Translations under genes and position numbers: made by a program | Source of the DNA: an uncultured Spirochaetota bacterium | GTDB lineage: Bacteria > Spirochaetota > Spirochaetia > SZUA-6 > CAVTHK01 | NCBI GenBank assembly: GCA_963734495.1 | Contig: CAVTHK010000011.1 | Span: forward strand, 480,001-544,000 | DNA length: 64,000 nucleotides | Direction of reading: 5' to 3' | Shown: positions 60,105-64,000 of the stretch, in pieces | How the letters are laid out: every line of letters starts with the position of its first letter | How positions within the stretch are numbered: the first letter of the stretch is position 1 | The notes under the pieces: model-generated | What the model saw: the letters and a program-made list of their open reading frames with translations, nothing else | The model's database searches: none | What the model was told of the DNA's origin: nothing

Positions 60105-61087
60105 TGCGCCGCGAAGATCTCGCCGAACTTCTTGAGATAGGCGTCGCGATTGGCCGAGGCCGCCGCGTCGTCGTAGGAGATGAACTTGATCTCGGAGCTG
60201 GGCTTGAGCCCCGGAGGGGGAGGCACGTCGGGCCTCGCCATCCTGCGGAAGTGAGGCGACCCCGAGATGATGCTCATCGCCTCCTTCGTCGTGAGGAAGT
60301 CCATCCACAGCTTCGCGTTCGCGGTGTTCGGGCCGCCCTTGATGATGCCCGAAGCGTCGAATCGCAGGCCCGTCCCGTCCGAAGGATAGATCGCCTCGAC
60401 GGGGTTGCCCTTGGCCTTCTCGGTAAAGACGTTGCCCTCGCCGGTGACGCCGACGGCGAACTCGCCGCGGCCGACCAGGCTGAAGGCCAGCGTCGAGCTC
60501 GGCACGAACGTCGCGAGCTTGCGCACCGCGTTGATGTGGTCCCAGCCGTAGAGGCCGACCATCTGGAACAGCTGCGCATACGCGGAGCCCGACAGCGCGG
60601 GGTTCGCGAACAGGAGCTTGCCGTTCCACTTCTTGTCGGCGAGGTCTTTCCAGCTCTTCGGCTCCTGGCCCGGCTTGACCAGCTCGGTGTTCACGATGAA
60701 GGCCTGGATGTTGTAGGAGAAGCCGTAGTACCTGTTGTCCCGGTCCTTGACCTCCGCGGGGAACGCGGCGTCTTCCCTGACCTTGTACGGGAGCAGCTGG
60801 TCCGCGATGACCTCGAGGTTTTCCTTGGCGATGGCCATGATGATGTCGCCCAGCGGCCTCTTCGCCTCGGCCTGGATGCGCGTGATCAGCTCGCCGGTGC
60901 CCGCGCGAATGAGCTCGACCTTGACGCCCGGTTGCCCGGCGCGGAAGGCCTTGGCGAGGTCCTCGTTCATCTCGGGCGAGCCGGCGCTGTAGACCACGAC
61001 GCTGCCGTCGCCGAACAGCAGCGAAGCCCCGCACAGGAAGAGCAAGCCGACTAACAAGGCGTGAACGACGCGACGGGAGTCTGTCAT
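60101..61087 (-). CDS. ABC substrate-binding protein (AfuA/FbpA-like)
   Basis: VYSAG, GTGEL..RI.AE, PKSWKDL, NP..SGS, YPSDGT. Confidence 0.88.
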   Translation of the reverse strand: MTDSRRVVHALLVGLLFLCGASLLFGDGSVVVYSAGSPEMNEDLAKAFRAGQPGVKVELIRAGTGELITRIQAEAKRPLGDIIMAIAKENLEVIADQLLPYKVREDAAFPAEVKDRDNRYYGFSYNIQAFIVNTELVKPGQEPKSWKDLADKKWNGKLLFANPALSGSAYAQLFQMVGLYGWDHINAVRKLATFVPSSTLAFSLVGRGEFAVGVTGEGNVFTEKAKGNPVEAIYPSDGTGLRFDASGIIKGGPNTANAKLWMDFLTTKEAMSIISGSPHFRRMARPDVPPPPGLKPSSEIKFISYDDAAASANRDAYLKKFGEIFAAQ

Positions 61088-61121
61088 GGGTCACCTCCGC
61101 TTCTTTTTTTGGGCTGCCCCC

Positions 61122-61150
61122 ACTTTAGGGCCGTCCCCGCGCCAAGTCAA
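61122..61150 (-). promoter_or_regulatory. Sigma70-like promoter of the Fe-type ABC operon
   Basis: Minus strand TTGACT-17-TAAAGT. Confidence 0.55.
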
Positions 61151-61212
61151 CAAAGCCTTTCCCGCCGCCGCGGCGCCTGCTATTGTTCCTCGAAGTTGAA
61201 GGCTTCCCTCGC

Positions 61213-62181
61213 ATGAACGGCTCGCGCGCCGAAACGGGCGCATTTTCGATAGGGGTTTCTCTCGTGGCTTTCTCGAGCGCCGCGGAGGTGCGCCGCTTTC
61301 TCGCCGAGGCGCGCCGCCGGCTCGGGCTCGAGCCGGCGTTTGAGCTGTCGTACACGATGAGCGCCGCGTTTCTCGCGGACGTCGCGTTTCTCGAGGGCCG
61401 CGTGCTGTCCGCGCACGCGCCCTGCCCCGCCGCCGCGCTCTTCCCCAACCTCGGCAGCCGCGACCCCGCCGTGGCCGCCGCGAGCCTGGAGGCCGTGCGC
61501 ACGAGCGCCGCCGCGGCCGCCGCGTACGGGGCGCGCGCGCTGGTCCTGCATCCGGGCTACACCACCGATGCCGGCGTGTTCTCGGACCCGCGGCGCAGGC
61601 TCGAGGCGATCGAGGCGCGCCGGGAACCGAGCGAGGAGTCCTGGGTGTGGCTCAAAGAGGGCAGCGTCTGCCGCCCCGGCTACTGCGAGAGCCCGCGCTA
61701 CCGCCTTCACCTGGAAATCGCTTCCGAGAACCTCGAGCGCGCCTGCGCGGTCTCGGCCGAAGAGGGAGTGCAGCTGGCCGTGGAGAACCTCAACCCGCGC
61801 CTGACGTACCTCTTCCAGCTCCCCCGCGAGCTCGCGCGGCTCGCCGCGCGGATCCCGCGGCTTGCGCTCTGCGTGGACCTGGGGCACCTCTGGATCTCGT
61901 CGCTGGTGCACGGGTTCGCGTTCGCCGAGGGGCTGCGCGAGATCCTCGCGACCGGGCGTGTGGTCACGACCCACGTGCACGACAACGCCTCGACGCTCGG
62001 TCCGCCGCCCTCGCTCGCGGACGATCACGCGCTCATCGGCTCCGGGCGCGTGCCCATTCGCGAGGCGCTGCCCCTGCTGGCAGCAGCGGGCGTGCGGCCG
62101 CTCATCGTCGAGTCGCTGGGCTCCGCGATCGAGAGCTGCGAGGCGCTCGTGCGGCTCGCGGGCGGCGCAGAACCGATTTGA
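61213..62181 (+). CDS. Sugar-phosphate isomerase/epimerase (AP endonuclease 2) TIM barrel
   Basis: HAP, VLHPG, VENL, DLGH, HVHDN, DDH..G.G, E. Confidence 0.8.
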   Translation: MNGSRAETGAFSIGVSLVAFSSAAEVRRFLAEARRRLGLEPAFELSYTMSAAFLADVAFLEGRVLSAHAPCPAAALFPNLGSRDPAVAAASLEAVRTSAAAAAAYGARALVLHPGYTTDAGVFSDPRRRLEAIEARREPSEESWVWLKEGSVCRPGYCESPRYRLHLEIASENLERACAVSAEEGVQLAVENLNPRLTYLFQLPRELARLAARIPRLALCVDLGHLWISSLVHGFAFAEGLREILATGRVVTTHVHDNASTLGPPPSLADDHALIGSGRVPIREALPLLAAAGVRPLIVESLGSAIESCEALVRLAGGAEPI

Positions 62182-62192
62182 TGCGCGGCGGC

Positions 62193-63173
62193 CTATTCCG
62201 ACACGGCCGAACGCATCGCCTTGAGGTTGGCCTCGGGCACGTCCATCGGGATGCCGCAGCCCGGCGCGAGGATGAAGCCCCTGCGGCCCGCCGCGGCGAT
62301 GGAGGCTCGGGCCTCCGCCTGCACGTCCTGCGGCGTTCCCGTCCGCAGGACTCCCATCTTGTTGATGCCCCCGATGAGGCACCGCCGCGTCTTCTTTCGC
62401 GCCTCCGCGAGCGAGGGAGCCGTGGTCTGGTCGTCCCAGTTGCAGGCGTCGACCGGGTAGTCCAGCAGCTCATCGAACATGATGTTGGCGCCGCAGATGT
62501 GGAGCATGGTGAATCGGGACTTGTTTTTGAAGGCGTCCAGCACCGCCAGGTCGTAGCGCCTGCCGAACTCCCGGTACTCCTTGACCGTCATGAAATCCGT
62601 GCTCGCGCACTGCGTCGCGTAGAAGACGCCGTCGGCCCCGCTGTCCAGACAGGCGACCGCGAAGGTCTTGAGCGTCTCGGTGATGACCTCGAGACCGCGA
62701 TGGACCTCTTTCGGGTTGTCCCGCAGATCCTGAACGACCCTGTCTCCCGAGATCTGGCGCGCTACCATGATGGGAACGAACACGGTCGCCAGCTTGAACA
62801 GGTCGTCGCCGCCCATCGCCTTCCCGATGCCGCGCACGACCTGCAGCATCTCGCCCAGCGCGCCCTTGGTCACGTCGAGCACCTTGAGCTTCTTCCAGTC
62901 GCCGACCGAGCTCACGGCCTTCCTGCTGAGCAGCCAGTAGCCGAGGGGACGCTGATACTCCTCGTAACGGCAGCCCCAGTCCTCGAGCAGGAACGTGCTG
63001 CGGAACATCAGCTTCATGAAGTCCCAATCGTACGTGGCCTGGAAGCCGCGGAACGCCTCGACCTGCCCTTCCGCGGTCCTGTCCATCAACGGGAAGTGCA
63101 TCCACGCGGACACGGGAACACGGTCGACCTCCTCCCCCTTCAAGGCCGCCTTGACTCTCTCGCGCTTCGTCAT
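62193..63173 (-). CDS. URO-D/MtaA family protein
   Basis: MTKRERV.A.L.G..VDRVP, LHICG, ILAPGC. Confidence 0.88.
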   Translation of the reverse strand: MTKRERVKAALKGEEVDRVPVSAWMHFPLMDRTAEGQVEAFRGFQATYDWDFMKLMFRSTFLLEDWGCRYEEYQRPLGYWLLSRKAVSSVGDWKKLKVLDVTKGALGEMLQVVRGIGKAMGGDDLFKLATVFVPIMVARQISGDRVVQDLRDNPKEVHRGLEVITETLKTFAVACLDSGADGVFYATQCASTDFMTVKEYREFGRRYDLAVLDAFKNKSRFTMLHICGANIMFDELLDYPVDACNWDDQTTAPSLAEARKKTRRCLIGGINKMGVLRTGTPQDVQAEARASIAAAGRRGFILAPGCGIPMDVPEANLKAMRSAVSE

Positions 63174-63195
63174 CGGGATCTCCTCTCCTCGAAAT

Positions 63196-64000
63196 CTATC
63201 CTTTGATTCCGACCATGGCCATACCCTGGATCAGCCTGCCCCTCAGGATCAGGAACACGATCAGCGTCGGCGCCGCGGCGACCACCGCCATGGCGAAGAG
63301 CTCGTTCCACATGGTGTCGTACTCGCCGATCATCGCCACGAGCCCGACCGGGAAGGTCCTGGTGACGTCCCGTGTGGCGACGATCAGGGGCCAGATCAGG
63401 CTGTTCCAGTTCGTCATGAAGGTGAAGATGGAAAGGGCGCCGAGCGCGGGCAGGCTCATCGGCATCACGACGCGCCAGAAGATCAGGAGCTCGCCCAGGC
63501 CGTCGATTCTCGCGGCGTCCACGTAGTCGTCCGGAAGGGTGAGCAGGAACTGCCGCATCCAGAAGACGCCGAGAGGGGTGATCATCACGGGGAGGATGAG
63601 GCCGAGCCGCGTGTTCATCAGCCCGAGAAAGCGCACGACCAGGGCCAGGGGAACGATCGTGATCTCGATGGGGAGCATCATCGTGAGCAGCACGCTGATG
63701 AACAGGGTGTTCCTCCCGCGGTAATCGAACTTGGCCAGGCTGTAGCCCGCCATCGAGCAGAAGACCAGCGACGCCAGCGCGACCGCCGACGCCACGATGA
63801 TGCTGTTCTCCATGTAAAGGCCGAAGTGGAGCTTGCGGAACGGGCCGACGAAGTTCGCGAGATTCACGTGCTGCGGGATCCACCTGATCGGGAACTCGAA
63901 GATCTCGTCCCTCGGCTTCAAGGACGAGACCAGCGTGTAGATCATGGGGACGACAAAGGCGATCGCCAGGATCAGGGCGAACACCGTGAGGATCAGGGTG
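63196..64000 (-). CDS. Carbohydrate ABC permease, 5' end beyond the right window edge
   Basis: DAARIDG, WNSLIWP; the reading frame stays open to the edge. Confidence 0.9.
   Translation of the reverse strand, partial: TLILTVFALILAIAFVVPMIYTLVSSLKPRDEIFEFPIRWIPQHVNLANFVGPFRKLHFGLYMENSIIVASAVALASLVFCSMAGYSLAKFDYRGRNTLFISVLLTMMLPIEITIVPLALVVRFLGLMNTRLGLILPVMITPLGVFWMRQFLLTLPDDYVDAARIDGLGELLIFWRVVMPMSLPALGALSIFTFMTNWNSLIWPLIVATRDVTRTFPVGLVAMIGEYDTMWNELFAMAVVAAAPTLIVFLILRGRLIQGMAMVGIKG

Overview
High-GC bacterial chromosomal segment, probably Spirochaetota (inferred from CheX, 'AGG..' type sugar-binding protein N-termini, a LolA-like sorting protein, and PEGA/FGE and DUF4384 proteins). It has many single-base frameshifts that look like long-read errors. 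Most of the window is metabolic: carbohydrate and iron ABC transporters, four URO-D/MtaA-family proteins, a sulfatase, two aldo-keto reductases, an enolase-superfamily enzyme and a transhydrogenase. Three regions stand out. (1) About 5.4-17.4 kb is a probable defence island. An AddAB-like nuclease/helicase pair is interleaved with four type II TA modules (hicAB x2, vapBC, AbrB-PIN), and two of them lie between direct duplications of nuclease/helicase sequence (88 bp and 414 bp). The island also has a methyltransferase-HNH fusion and an Rpn/YhgA nuclease with an apparent internal promoter and start. (2) 36.8-39.9 kb is a membrane-bound CheA-like kinase without a CheW domain, followed by CheX and CheY. 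(3) 40-46 kb is an operon of VWA-FHA, membrane-FHA, a Ser/Thr kinase and an unknown ~170-aa domain, with a divergent paralogue of that domain fused to an HU DNA-binding domain. This is the best candidate for an undescribed signalling system. No rRNA, tRNA, CRISPR array or integrase was recognised.
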